A DNA stretch of 64,000 nt, taken from positions 10,831-74,830 of the forward strand of contig PSRI01000064.1 in NCBI GenBank assembly GCA_003175935.1. Direction: 5' to 3'. The notes below the pieces were generated by a model. The model did not search any database and was not told the origin of the DNA. It saw only the letters and a list, made by a program, of their open reading frames with translations. The DNA comes from Bacteroidota bacterium (GTDB lineage: Bacteria > Bacteroidota > Bacteroidia > Chitinophagales > Chitinophagaceae). Positions 1-10,105 of this stretch are shown here, in pieces. Each line of letters begins with the position of its first letter. The stretch's first letter is position 1. Position numbers and translations under genes: made by a program.

Positions 1-1356
1 AACGCTAACTATATTCGTTTGAATGGATCTGTCCTTACTTCTATTTATCACATTTATGAATACTGAATTTTCGGTTTTGGAGTACACAGCAGTAACATCA
101 AGATAAGGTATGCCGCTATTCAATTGTGTATTGAATGTGTCACAGTCTATATAAGTATCAATAGAATTGCCCAGACAATTATTGGAGAATAATTTAAAGG
201 TGTAAAATAATGGCGACTTAAAAGTGCCCTTTTTAGGATCGGATGACAATAGCGAAGTAGCCAAAGTGAAATTTGCCATCTTTACTACATCAGCATGCCG
301 AATAAAGGAATTGAGACATTGAGCTATCGGTAAAACCCCCATAAAATTTCTGCTGAAAGTGCCCCACTCATCCACTGAAAGGTAAACAGGATTCTTAAAT
401 CCAAATTGTGCTTTCGAAGTTTGAATTTGTGCCGCTACAATCTTGATTTTGTCATCAAAATCAATCGCACCGTTTCCGATGTATGAATAATAATCGTTGG
501 GAGAACCACCTTCCCAATATCGGTGTATAGAGAGGTAGTCTATTTTATCTCCTATACCATCCAGAACCTTTCTGTTCCATTCCACCCATTTACCGCTCGG
601 TTCATAATAGGAAGAACCTGATGCCACCAATTTGATGTTATGGTCAACAGCTTTCATAGCTTTTGAAGCTTCCCTGGCGATTTCAACATATTCATCTGCG
701 GTCTTATGTCCTAGTTCCCACGGAAGTCCATCCACTTCATTACCCAAATCCCAGATTTTCACATTGAATGGTTGCGCATTTCCATTCTTTGCACGTAAAT
801 CCGAATAATAAGTACCAGCTTTGTAATTACAATATTCCACCCAATAGGTTGCGTCCCGAATGGTACCAAGGCCGAGGTTTACTGCAACTACATTTTCACT
901 TCCTATTGCTTTATTTAGTTTAATCCATTCATCTGTCCCCACATGATTATTGTCGGTGCTACCCCATGCAAGATTTATTCGTACGGGCCTTTTGTCTTTG
1001 GGACCTATGCCGTCTTTCCAATCGTACCCCATTAGAAAATTCCCACCGGGCCAGCGCATATTTGTTACTTTCAATTCCTTCAATGCGTCTATATAATCTT
1101 TGCGAAAACCATCTTCATTTGCCAATGGCGAAGAAGGATCATAAAGATTCCCATATAACGTATTGAAATCGGTCGTATCAGGCAATCCTAACCTGGCACC
1201 GTTAAAATGAATCGGCTCCATAAACACGCCGTAAATCTTTGGATCTATTTCTGCAATGGTTCTCTTATAATCAATCTTAATAGTTGCAGTTTGTCCAAAA
1301 GGTTTTAAAGGCAAAAGGAGCAATAAGGCAAGAACTAACTTTCTAATTGGAGTCAT
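1..1356 (-). CDS. GH51-type alpha-L-arabinofuranosidase, N-terminal part only (C-terminus lies beyond the window start)
   Basis: Absent from the ORF track because it runs off the window. My reverse-strand translation from the ATG at 1354-1356 stays open to position 1. It reads MTPIRKLVLALLLLLPLKPFGQ (signal peptide) ... IYGVFMEPIHFNG ... VTNMRWPGGNFLMGYDWKDGIGPKDKRP ... KIWDLGNEVDG, which matches the GH51 PGGNF and GNE (acid/base) blocks as I remember them. Confidence 0.8.
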   Translation of the reverse strand, partial: MTPIRKLVLALLLLLPLKPFGQTATIKIDYKRTIAEIDPKIYGVFMEPIHFNGARLGLPDTTDFNTLYGNLYDPSSPLANEDGFRKDYIDALKELKVTNMRWPGGNFLMGYDWKDGIGPKDKRPVRINLAWGSTDNNHVGTDEWIKLNKAIGSENVVAVNLGLGTIRDATYWVEYCNYKAGTYYSDLRAKNGNAQPFNVKIWDLGNEVDGLPWELGHKTADEYVEIAREASKAMKAVDHNIKLVASGSSYYEPSGKWVEWNRKVLDGIGDKIDYLSIHRYWEGGSPNDYYSYIGNGAIDFDDKIKIVAAQIQTSKAQFGFKNPVYLSVDEWGTFSRNFMGVLPIAQCLNSFIRHADVVKMANFTLATSLLSSDPKKGTFKSPLFYTFKLFSNNCLGNSIDTYIDCDTFNTQLNSGIPYLDVTAVYSKTENSVFINVINRSKDRSIQTNIVSV

Positions 1357-1508
1357 CGTTTATTTTGATTTAGAATAACGAATCGAATTCTTTGAATCAG
1401 GCATCAATTTCACTCCATACATAACATCCACGAGAATCAACATTGAAGCACTTCGTAATTGTATTTAACCAATGAGACTTCAATCTCATTGTCCGATTAC
1501 AAATCATT

Positions 1509-4049
1509 TTATTTTTCAGAAACCAATGATGCTGCGGCTGACGCAAGGAAAATATAATCAGCACATCCACCCACAGTAACTTCGTTTTCACCCCATAGAA
1601 ATGGCCAGTCTTCTTTATTTTCAGGGAAATCGGGCTTCAGTATTAAAATACCAGGTACTATACCACCTGCGATAAAACTGAAATTAGCCCTGTTGTTTCC
1701 GTAAGTAATTTTCTTTGATTTTGTTCCTACACCTGAGACGAATGAAATATTTGAATAAGGATGGCAGCCAAAAATATAATCCAATCCCTTTAATACATAT
1801 CCTGCATCCATCACATCTGGATAAAATTTGTGAACATAATAATTGGTTGCAGCGAAATTTACTACAATACTGCTTCCGCCCCACCCACCGGTTGCAATAG
1901 GAACGCCGTATGGATTTTGTTTACTTATATCATCGCAATATGTTTTGTATTTTATCACATAGTCTCGCAGTTTCCTTTTATAATCATCATCCATGTAGGG
2001 TACAGCCTGCAAAGCCACTTTCATTCCAAAATTAATAGAGCGGTCAAGTGCTTGCCAGATAGCATTTTTAAAAACAGTTGCATAGCTTTCATCTTTAGTC
2101 GTTATGTATAGCTGGAGTGCAGCCGACAATTTTAAAGAGCTTCCAAACATTCTACTGAATCTTGAGGTATCCTTAGCGCTGATGCTATCATCTTCGTTCC
2201 AAAGTTGCCGGGCATAGAATAAACTCTGCTGCGACAGGCTATCATCAAAACCTTTTAATACACGGCTCGCACATGCGAGAGCGGCTGCAGTATAATAATC
2301 GAGGAAAGTGGTTCTTTCGGTAAAGGCCCAGCGGTCATCAAGTGTACCGCTATATTTGCCGTCTGTCTGATAAGGTTTCAGATCAGGGTTATAAAGCAAA
2401 TTATCAGTTTCATTAATTGCATCTCCCAGGTGATGGTATTGGTGCAGGTTTGGCACAACAATTCCTCTCACGGGATGGCCAATGTTTTTAACCTGGGCCA
2501 CTATGTTCAAAGTGCCATGTTTTATTTGCTGCAAAATATCCGGCAGCCCATCCGGCCGATGGATATCTACATACCTGGTTGGGTAATCAATAAAAGTTTC
2601 ATCGCGTTTGGGATGAAATTTTTCCCAGGTATCAGCCAAACTCAAAACCGCATCACAATGTGATCCTGTTTGAATATCAAAATCGCCTGCGTCAAACCAG
2701 CCTCCAACGGCCAGACCGGGAATATGCTCCAGGGGTTTATATTTTGTTTGCGTAGAAGCACCCATACTGTAACCATCAAAGTGGATATGATTGGTTGGAG
2801 CCTGCAATGCATCATCCAAAAATGGAGCTCCGTGCCATACACGGTACGCTTCATTCACTTCCATATGATCCATTTGAACAGGGAACCATACATCCAAAGT
2901 CGGATGCCATGTATCGGCATATACATCCGCATTAATCGGAAATACATTTGTTTTTTCATCCCCATACTGGATGAAATAAATGCCCTGATCTTTTACAGAA
3001 CTAAAATCAAATTTTGCATAATTAAAGCGAAAAAATCTACCCCAAACCTGTACATCGCCTTTAAATTTCTCAACAATTTTACCATCAGAATTTATTTGGA
3101 ACAGAATGGCAGTTTTCAGGGGAGTATCGTTTTTGTCAAGCTCAATTACTGCAGATTTATTTTGAGAAGCATTATATCCTACCTGTGAAAATCCAATTAC
3201 AGGTTTGCGTTTCCAATTTTGAATAATATTAGGTTCCACCAACCAGGTTAATACTTTTCCAGTTTTTTTGGCAGGTAATAGGCTACGCACAACAAACCAA
3301 CCGTTTTGTGCAACATTTCTGCCATCGTATAACATCAGGGGAATACCCAAAGTTTCAGAACTAATCTTCACGCGGTACTCGGGGCTTTCAGGAGCCAACA
3401 CAAAAGTTTTGGCACTGTCTAAAGCAGATGGTACAATGAATTCGCCTCTGCCCCGATCATCAAAAGTTGTATGCCCTGCGAATTGCTGAATTTTATTGCT
3501 GATGGGTTCGATAGTTGTTAAACTGGCGGGATATAATGGAAATTGCCCGGGTTTACCATCGGCAAGAAATGTCTTTTCAAAATAAGTTGCCGGAAGAAAT
3601 TCTAAATTAAAACCAGCTTTACCCAAAAGTTTTTCGGGGACGGGTTTGTCGAGATAAACTGTAATTTCAAAACCCTCACCTTTAGCCTTAACCGAAACTC
3701 TTGAATTAAAGTCAAATTGCTCATATCGCATTTCAACTTCAATACTATTTGTTGCTTTATCAACTTTCCTGCTGATCATTTTCGGTATCTGATCCCATTG
3801 CTCAGGCGTGTTTTGTAAACGCACTGCACCACCAGTAACAGTTCTAACTCCATGATGTATCATTTCAATACCTGAAGTTTTTTCGTCGAAAAACATACCA
3901 TTGTACTCACTATTAAAAACCAGCAGATTTACGCCCCGGTTTTCAAAATAGCCTGAATCATTGATCTGTAAATTTTGACTCATCGAATGGTAAGAATTAC
4001 AGACCAAATAAAATACCGTAAGTGTTTTGACAAAATAATTCGCCTTCAT
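1509..4049 (-). CDS. glycoside hydrolase family 9 (endoglucanase-like) with N-terminal Ig-like domain, secreted
   Basis: 846-aa ORF with an N-terminal hydrophobic signal. It carries GGWFDAGDFDIQTG (the GH9 DAGD signature) and a C-terminal NEVTVGG block. Confidence 0.8.
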   Translation of the reverse strand: MKANYFVKTLTVFYLVCNSYHSMSQNLQINDSGYFENRGVNLLVFNSEYNGMFFDEKTSGIEMIHHGVRTVTGGAVRLQNTPEQWDQIPKMISRKVDKATNSIEVEMRYEQFDFNSRVSVKAKGEGFEITVYLDKPVPEKLLGKAGFNLEFLPATYFEKTFLADGKPGQFPLYPASLTTIEPISNKIQQFAGHTTFDDRGRGEFIVPSALDSAKTFVLAPESPEYRVKISSETLGIPLMLYDGRNVAQNGWFVVRSLLPAKKTGKVLTWLVEPNIIQNWKRKPVIGFSQVGYNASQNKSAVIELDKNDTPLKTAILFQINSDGKIVEKFKGDVQVWGRFFRFNYAKFDFSSVKDQGIYFIQYGDEKTNVFPINADVYADTWHPTLDVWFPVQMDHMEVNEAYRVWHGAPFLDDALQAPTNHIHFDGYSMGASTQTKYKPLEHIPGLAVGGWFDAGDFDIQTGSHCDAVLSLADTWEKFHPKRDETFIDYPTRYVDIHRPDGLPDILQQIKHGTLNIVAQVKNIGHPVRGIVVPNLHQYHHLGDAINETDNLLYNPDLKPYQTDGKYSGTLDDRWAFTERTTFLDYYTAAALACASRVLKGFDDSLSQQSLFYARQLWNEDDSISAKDTSRFSRMFGSSLKLSAALQLYITTKDESYATVFKNAIWQALDRSINFGMKVALQAVPYMDDDYKRKLRDYVIKYKTYCDDISKQNPYGVPIATGGWGGSSIVVNFAATNYYVHKFYPDVMDAGYVLKGLDYIFGCHPYSNISFVSGVGTKSKKITYGNNRANFSFIAGGIVPGILILKPDFPENKEDWPFLWGENEVTVGGCADYIFLASAAASLVSEK

Positions 4050-4136
4050 ACCTAATCAATTTATTTTATAATACTTACAATTTTTTGTGCTTCTTTTGTT
4101 AAAAACTCAGATCAAATATTCAATCTTAATACTGCA

Positions 4137-6005
4137 TTAATTTATTTTAAAAACCCGGAAAGAATGCGGTTTTACCGTGACTGAAAAAACATTCCTGGAA
4201 CCTGAGTTCCGTTCTATATAGCTAAAACCAGGTTTTCTCAATTCACCATTGAATTGCTCACTGCTGTTAATATCAGTTATAGAATGTGAGGATACGGGGG
4301 TAACAATTTTTACAATAGTTTCTGTATCGAGAAAAGATTCAACAATGAAGGTGTTATTATCATACAGAAATAGACTGATTTTACCAGGACCTTCAATTTG
4401 TATATTCAGCCCGGAACTCAAAACCTGTCGTATTTTATTGAGCACTTCTACAGGTAGGTTGTATAAATCCGAAAAATTATCGGGAATCGTAAGCACATAC
4501 AAATGACCTTTGGAGTATCCTGCATCATGCAGGATAGGCCAGCCATTGTCACCCTGAATTGCCGATACGAGTTCCCAGGAATCGTTTGTGATATATTCGA
4601 TTTGAGGAATCAGGATGGCTTTGTCGATATGAATTAATTGAAAAGTTCCAGCTGTAAAATCCTGCACTATAGCTTTTCTGTCGGTATATTTTATGACAGA
4701 GATGTCTGCAACCTTATCCTGTATTGCACGAAGCAGTCCAGAAGTAATGACCACTTTTTTTCCCTCCGTTAATTGCTTTTTTATTTTTTCAACAATTTTA
4801 GTGTCGTATTTAGCTTCTTCGGTGAGTAAAATCAGGCTGTCTGCTGCAGGAAATTCAGGTACCATATTCATTGGCAGGCCAATCATTCCCAGGTAATTTT
4901 GTAAAAAATCTTCTCCTGAAGATTGGTAGGGTTTGTAACTTTTTATTCCAATGGGGTTTCCGAGAGAATTTAAAAAGCTGTCCACTTTTTCAAATGTAAA
5001 TCCTGCAACTCTTGCAACAGAAGTTGGTCTCACTGGTGAACCTCCATTATAATTCTGAGGCTTCATCATGGCATCGTAATCGAAACTGGTATTTTGACCC
5101 TGCCATGGCGAACGATCTTTTCCCTGGATAGGTATTGTCAGACTTCGAAAATCAAACAAGGTTTGTTCGCGTGCTTTTGCAAATAAGGTAATCCAAAGTT
5201 GTTCTGCGTATCGATCCGAATAATTACTACCAAATGGATCAACCCAGCCGCCGCCGTTTCTGCCGGGTGCGATATTTTCAAAATATCGAATGATGTTGTA
5301 GCCCAAATAAGGTTGAAGATGTTGTGCCGACAAAACTGCATCTCTGGTTTCTGTGCCCGTGTAAATGCCATCGAAGATTTTAGGTTCTGTTTCCAGGTTG
5401 AAACCCATGCCCGGAAAATGATCGTACCAGTTAGGATACTTCACCACTACTTTTACTTTAGGATTGACAGCTTTTGCCGGTCCTACGATGAGCGTCCTGG
5501 CGGCTTCAGTCATTAAAGCCAGCCGGTAGTCGGTCCAACTTTTATCACCTTTTTCTTTAATTGCACTGTCATCTTTACAATTGGTAAAAAAGAAATCATC
5601 TAAAATAAATTCATTAAAATTTTTCGCTGTGTACTCACTCAGCTCCTTCACTCTTTTTCGATCGTCGGGATTCGAATAGCAAAAAGTTTGAAAACGGTTA
5701 GGCTCGCTAATGGTTAAAGTAATTCCGCCAGCTATTTCAATACCTCTGTCTTTGAAGAATTTTTTTGCAATGTTCAGCGTGTCCTGGTTTACTACAATCA
5801 GATCACGATGAGTTTCCAGATAGATCTTGTCAACCTTCAATTGCCGGGATATTTCGTCCCAACGAGGCTTCAAATAATTATTAGTATCACCCATTTGCCT
5901 CACTTCATAGGCACGGCAGTAAACTGAAACTTTAAAATTCCTGTAATGCTGGCTAAAACAGCTGAGAGTCATTAGCAGGAAAAAAATCGACAAGCCAGAT
6001 CGCAT
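4137..6005 (-). CDS. secreted hypothetical protein, possibly a glycoside-hydrolase-like TIM-barrel protein
   Basis: 622-aa ORF with signal peptide MRSGLSIFFLLMTLSCFSQ. It is embedded in the xylan cluster. I recognise no diagnostic motif. Confidence 0.6.
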   Translation of the reverse strand: MRSGLSIFFLLMTLSCFSQHYRNFKVSVYCRAYEVRQMGDTNNYLKPRWDEISRQLKVDKIYLETHRDLIVVNQDTLNIAKKFFKDRGIEIAGGITLTISEPNRFQTFCYSNPDDRKRVKELSEYTAKNFNEFILDDFFFTNCKDDSAIKEKGDKSWTDYRLALMTEAARTLIVGPAKAVNPKVKVVVKYPNWYDHFPGMGFNLETEPKIFDGIYTGTETRDAVLSAQHLQPYLGYNIIRYFENIAPGRNGGGWVDPFGSNYSDRYAEQLWITLFAKAREQTLFDFRSLTIPIQGKDRSPWQGQNTSFDYDAMMKPQNYNGGSPVRPTSVARVAGFTFEKVDSFLNSLGNPIGIKSYKPYQSSGEDFLQNYLGMIGLPMNMVPEFPAADSLILLTEEAKYDTKIVEKIKKQLTEGKKVVITSGLLRAIQDKVADISVIKYTDRKAIVQDFTAGTFQLIHIDKAILIPQIEYITNDSWELVSAIQGDNGWPILHDAGYSKGHLYVLTIPDNFSDLYNLPVEVLNKIRQVLSSGLNIQIEGPGKISLFLYDNNTFIVESFLDTETIVKIVTPVSSHSITDINSSEQFNGELRKPGFSYIERNSGSRNVFSVTVKPHSFRVFKIN

Positions 6006-6092
6006 GCAGCTATAGTTAATTAATCATGAGGGTTTTGAAAATATGAGTTTCGTATCCAGAATCGGGCAAAGAAAGTAAAAATAAATAATTTA

Positions 6093-6106
6093 TGCAATCG
6101 GTTGCA
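6093..6106. promoter_or_regulatory. LacI/CcpA-type operator-like palindrome TGCAATCGGTTGCA
   Basis: Matches TGnAAnCGnTTnCA at every constrained position. It lies in the divergent intergenic region between the 4137-6005 (-) gene and the GH10 gene (+). Confidence 0.55.
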
Positions 6107-6175
6107 ATTATTTTATTACTTTGCCTTGGTGAATAAATAATACTGATTTTTAAAATTACCTCCCGTCATTTGGCC

Positions 6176-6189
6176 TGAAACCGATTGCA
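6176..6189. promoter_or_regulatory. second LacI/CcpA-type operator-like palindrome TGAAACCGATTGCA
   Basis: Also matches TGnAAnCGnTTnCA. It lies 83 bp from the first site and about 70 bp upstream of the GH10 start. Confidence 0.55.
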
Positions 6190-6256
6190 AATGATTGTGA
6201 AAATAGAACCTGTTCAACGAGCCAGTGTAGGGTAAACCAAACCTTAATTGTAACGC

Positions 6257-7378
6257 ATGACAAGCAAGCTTCTACTGCGATTCACTTCCTACCTTATAGC
6301 TGGGGCCGTTTCACTGTTTAATTTTCAAGCATCGGAATCGCAGACCCTGCCTTCATTAAAAGATACTTTTAAAAACAATTTTCTGATTGGGGCGGCCATA
6401 AACACGCAGCAGTTTCAAGGTAAAGACACCGCGGCTAACAGGGTTATTGCTCAACAATTCAATGCTGTCACTCCCGAAAATATCATGAAGGCCGAAATAA
6501 TCCATCCAAAATGGGATGTGTACCAATTTGATTTGGCTGATGAACTAGTGGCCTATGCTAAAAAGAATAACCTGAAAATAAATGCCCATACCCTTATCTG
6601 GCACAGTCAGCTTCCCGCTTTCATGCAACATATGCAGGACCCTGATTCTGTAAAAAAGTATTTTGCAAATCACATCAACACTATCGCCAGCCGTTATGAT
6701 GGCAAAGTGTATTCATGGGATGTGGTAAATGAAGCGCTGAACGAAGATGGCACTCTGCGCAATACCATTTTCCTGCAAAAACTTGGTGGCAATTATATAG
6801 TCGATGCTTTCCGGCTTGCTCAGGCTGCAGCACCTCAAACTAAACTATACTATAACGATTATAATATTGAGCAACCCAAAAAAAGAGCAGGTGCCATTGC
6901 TATCATCAAAAGCATTCAATCTGCAGGCGTACGCATTGACGGTGTAGGCATCCAGGGTCATTGGCGCGCCGACAATGTACCCCTGAATGATATTGAAGAA
7001 AGTATAAAAGAATTTTCTGCACTTGGAATAGAAGTAATGTTTACAGAACTGGATCTTGGAGTTTTAAAAAATCCCTGGGATAATAATACCGCCGATGTAA
7101 ATGCAAAGGCAGAAGCAAACGCAAATATGAATCCCTATACTGCGGGCCTGCCAGATTCTGTTCAGAAAGTGCAGTCGAAGGCTTATGAGGATTTATTCAG
7201 ACTGTTTCTCAAATATGATAAGAGTGTGAGCAGGGTAACATTTTGGGGCGTGAATGACGGACAGTCATGGCTGAACAATTGGCCAATAAGAGGAAGAACT
7301 AATTATCCATTATTATTCGACAGACATTTTCAACCAAAAGACTCGTTTTACAGAGTGATTGCGACTAAAGGAAAATAA
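6257..7378 (+). CDS. GH10 endo-1,4-beta-xylanase, secreted
   Basis: 373-aa ORF. WDVVNEAL (acid/base Glu block) and MFTELDL (nucleophile Glu block) are typical of GH10. Confidence 0.9.
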   Translation: MTSKLLLRFTSYLIAGAVSLFNFQASESQTLPSLKDTFKNNFLIGAAINTQQFQGKDTAANRVIAQQFNAVTPENIMKAEIIHPKWDVYQFDLADELVAYAKKNNLKINAHTLIWHSQLPAFMQHMQDPDSVKKYFANHINTIASRYDGKVYSWDVVNEALNEDGTLRNTIFLQKLGGNYIVDAFRLAQAAAPQTKLYYNDYNIEQPKKRAGAIAIIKSIQSAGVRIDGVGIQGHWRADNVPLNDIEESIKEFSALGIEVMFTELDLGVLKNPWDNNTADVNAKAEANANMNPYTAGLPDSVQKVQSKAYEDLFRLFLKYDKSVSRVTFWGVNDGQSWLNNWPIRGRTNYPLLFDRHFQPKDSFYRVIATKGK

Positions 7379-7416
7379 ATCAAAACTTAAACTTGCTTAG
7401 CCCTAAAAAAAGTAAC

Positions 7417-8916
7417 ATGGATGTAAAAGAATTGTCTGCACCAGGAGAAAAAATAAATCCTGATGCCCCGATAGTTAAAATGCCTTCCCACAAATTATCT
7501 GTGATTGAAAAGGCCGGATATAGTTTGGGAGATTTCGCTGCGAACCTGGTATTTCAAACTTTGGTCACCTACCTGGCATACTTCTACACGGATATTTTTG
7601 GATTAAAACCCGAACATGCATCAATATTAATTCTCACAGTGGGATTAATAGCCGCTTTTGGTTTCAATCCATTAATTGGTGCCATGGCAGACAGGACTAA
7701 TTCCCGTTGGGGTAAGTTCAGGCCCTGGATCCTGATCACCGCAGTTCCATTGGGAGTTGTTGCCCTGCTTGCATTTAGCACGCCACATTTTTCTTACTCC
7801 GGAAAAGTTATATATGCAGTTATCACCTATACATTGCTGTTATTACTTTATGCTGCAAACAATCTGCCTTATTCGGCGCTAAGTGGGGTTATTACCGGAG
7901 ATATGGGAGAAAGAAACAGTCTTTCATCTTACCGCTTTGTTGCGGTGATGTTTGCCCAATTCTTTGTTCAGGTCTTTATGCTGGCAATCGTTGAATCTGC
8001 AGGGCATGGAGATAAATCTGCAGGAATTGAAAAAGTAATGACCTGGCTCGCGATCATTGGTACTATAATGCTGCTCATAACTTTTTTCACCACTAAGGAA
8101 AGAATTATTCCGAAACCTGAAGAAAGATCGAGTTTGAAGCAGGACCTGCAAGACCTGTTTAAAAACAAACCATGGTTAATTATGCTGGGCCTAACCACAC
8201 TGGTATTTGTCACGCTTGCTATGAAAGGTGGATCCTATGTTTATTATTTCCAAAATTATGTTGACAGGGAAAGTCTGACCAGCTTTATAAATCCAATTGT
8301 TCATTCTCTTTCCAGGATCGGACTCAATTTTTTTGGTGAAGATCCGGTATCCGCTGGCTTTGGTCTATTTAATGCAGGAGGCATTATTTTCATGATAGTG
8401 GGAATTACTTTGTCGAAAAGATTTGCAGATAAATATGGTAAACGGGATGTTTTTGGAATCTGTCTTTTCATCTCTACCCTTTTCATTTTGGCTTTTATAT
8501 TGTACCCACCGAAAGCAGTTGGACTGATGTTCGCCTCTCAAATTCTCCATGGATTTTTTTATGGATTAACGATTCCTTTGTTATGGGCAATGATAGCAGA
8601 TGTTGCCGATTATAGTGAATGGAGAAATAATCGTCGGGCCACTGCAATAATTTTTTCTGCAATGATGGTAGGATTAAAAGCGGGGCTCAGTCTGGGAAGC
8701 GCAATTATTACGGGCATATTAGGCATTTATGGTTATGTACCCAACAGTGCAGTGCAATCATCAAAGGCAGTTCAGGGAACCAAAATGCTGGTAAGCGTTT
8801 ATCCTGCTATTCCATTTTTAATCGGGGCAGGATTATTATTTTTTTATGTGATCAATAAAAAAATGGAAACCCGTATAGAAGCCGATCTGAAAGAAAAAAG
8901 AAATAAAATACTTTAA
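7417..8916 (+). CDS. glycoside-pentoside-hexuronide (GPH)/MFS sugar:cation symporter
   Basis: About 12 hydrophobic segments. The LSVIEKAGYSLGDFAANLVFQ N-terminus and the RWGKFRPW motif are typical of the MelB/XynP/YicJ family. The track ORF begins at a TTG (7393). I place the start at the first ATG (7417, MDVKEL). The gene begins about 39 nt after the GH10 stop. Confidence 0.85.
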   Translation: MDVKELSAPGEKINPDAPIVKMPSHKLSVIEKAGYSLGDFAANLVFQTLVTYLAYFYTDIFGLKPEHASILILTVGLIAAFGFNPLIGAMADRTNSRWGKFRPWILITAVPLGVVALLAFSTPHFSYSGKVIYAVITYTLLLLLYAANNLPYSALSGVITGDMGERNSLSSYRFVAVMFAQFFVQVFMLAIVESAGHGDKSAGIEKVMTWLAIIGTIMLLITFFTTKERIIPKPEERSSLKQDLQDLFKNKPWLIMLGLTTLVFVTLAMKGGSYVYYFQNYVDRESLTSFINPIVHSLSRIGLNFFGEDPVSAGFGLFNAGGIIFMIVGITLSKRFADKYGKRDVFGICLFISTLFILAFILYPPKAVGLMFASQILHGFFYGLTIPLLWAMIADVADYSEWRNNRRATAIIFSAMMVGLKAGLSLGSAIITGILGIYGYVPNSAVQSSKAVQGTKMLVSVYPAIPFLIGAGLLFFYVINKKMETRIEADLKEKRNKIL

Positions 8917-9044
8917 TAAAAGAAACTCCTTAGGCATGTTCATTTGAGGAGGTTCATGCCTGGTTGTATCACTTCCCGGTGCTTTAAAAGGCCCGGGAGG
9001 TTTGATTCAACCTATTAACTATATCTAAATAAAAAATTAACAAG

Positions 9045-10097
9045 ATGCCGGAAGCAAATATTGACCATATCAGTTTTGCTGATCTAAAAAAAAATGCAAT
9101 TTCAAAAGTCCTGATCAGCCACATTTATACCGCCGATCCTTCGGCACATGTTTTTCAAAATAAAATATACATCTATCCTTCCCACGATATAGATGCAGGA
9201 GAAGCCTTCGATGATTTAGGCAGTCATTTTGCAATGGAAGATTACCATGTTATTTCAATGGATACTCCCGGTAGTGAAGCAATAGATCACGGAATTGCAT
9301 TGCATGTGAACGATGTACCATGGGCCGAAAAACAAATGTGGGCTCCTGATGCGGCTGAAAAAGATGGTAAATATTTTCTTTTCTTCCCGGCAAAGGATCA
9401 TGAAGGTATTTTCAGAATTGGTGTTGCGATTGCTGATTCTCCTACCGGCCCATTTAAACCGCAGGCATCTGCAATTAAGGACAGCTTTTCCATTGACCCC
9501 GCCGTTTTCAAAGATGATGACGGAAGTTATTACATGTATTTTGGTGGTATTTGGGGCGGACAATTGCAACGATGGCAAACTGGCAAATTCAATGCAGCCA
9601 ACCCTCAGAGTCCATTCGCACATTTGCCTGCCGATAATGAGCCTGCCTTATGCGCCAAAGTAGCAAAACTTACAGACGACTTGTTACAATTCGCCGAAAA
9701 ACCTGTTGATGTTGTGATCCTTGATGAAAATGGAAACGCATTGCTGCAGGGCGATACTAACAGGAGATTTTTTGAAGCTTCGTGGGTATATAAATACAAT
9801 GACAAATATTATTTTACTTATTCTACGGGCGATACACATTTTATTTGCTATGCTATTGGAGACAATCCTTACGGTCCGTTTAAGTACGCAGGTAGAATTC
9901 TAAATCCTGTTGTGGGTTGGACAACACATCATTCCATTATTGAATTCAATGGTGAATGGTATTTATTTTATCACGATAGTAGCTTAAGCGAAGGAATCAC
10001 TCATTTGCGTAGCATAAAAGTTACTAAACTAACTCACGATAAAAATGGTTTAATTAAAACGATAGATCCTTACGGAGAATTGAAAGTATCAGAATAG
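9045..10097 (+). CDS. GH43 beta-xylosidase/alpha-L-arabinofuranosidase
   Basis: 350-aa ORF. ADPSAHVF..IYIYPSHD, the WAPDA block and FEASWVYKYNDKYYF are GH43-like five-bladed propeller motifs. Confidence 0.85.
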   Translation: MPEANIDHISFADLKKNAISKVLISHIYTADPSAHVFQNKIYIYPSHDIDAGEAFDDLGSHFAMEDYHVISMDTPGSEAIDHGIALHVNDVPWAEKQMWAPDAAEKDGKYFLFFPAKDHEGIFRIGVAIADSPTGPFKPQASAIKDSFSIDPAVFKDDDGSYYMYFGGIWGGQLQRWQTGKFNAANPQSPFAHLPADNEPALCAKVAKLTDDLLQFAEKPVDVVILDENGNALLQGDTNRRFFEASWVYKYNDKYYFTYSTGDTHFICYAIGDNPYGPFKYAGRILNPVVGWTTHHSIIEFNGEWYLFYHDSSLSEGITHLRSIKVTKLTHDKNGLIKTIDPYGELKVSE

Positions 10098-10105
10098 TGA
10101 TCATT

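Noticed and set aside
966-1166. 66-aa plus-strand ORF
   Set aside because: It lies entirely antisense within the GH51 coding frame, which has strong family motifs. It is a shadow ORF.
2670-3188. 172-aa plus-strand ORF, with similar ORFs at 1830-2111, 2430-2663 and 3268-3489
   Set aside because: They are antisense to the GH9 gene and low-complexity (I/F/K-rich), as is typical of shadow frames in AT-rich coding DNA.
8930-9010. Two hairpins (AGGCATG...CATGCCT and CTTCCCGG...CCGGGAGG) after the sugar symporter gene
   Set aside because: The loops are long or the stems imperfect, and no convincing T tract follows. This is not strong enough to call a terminator.
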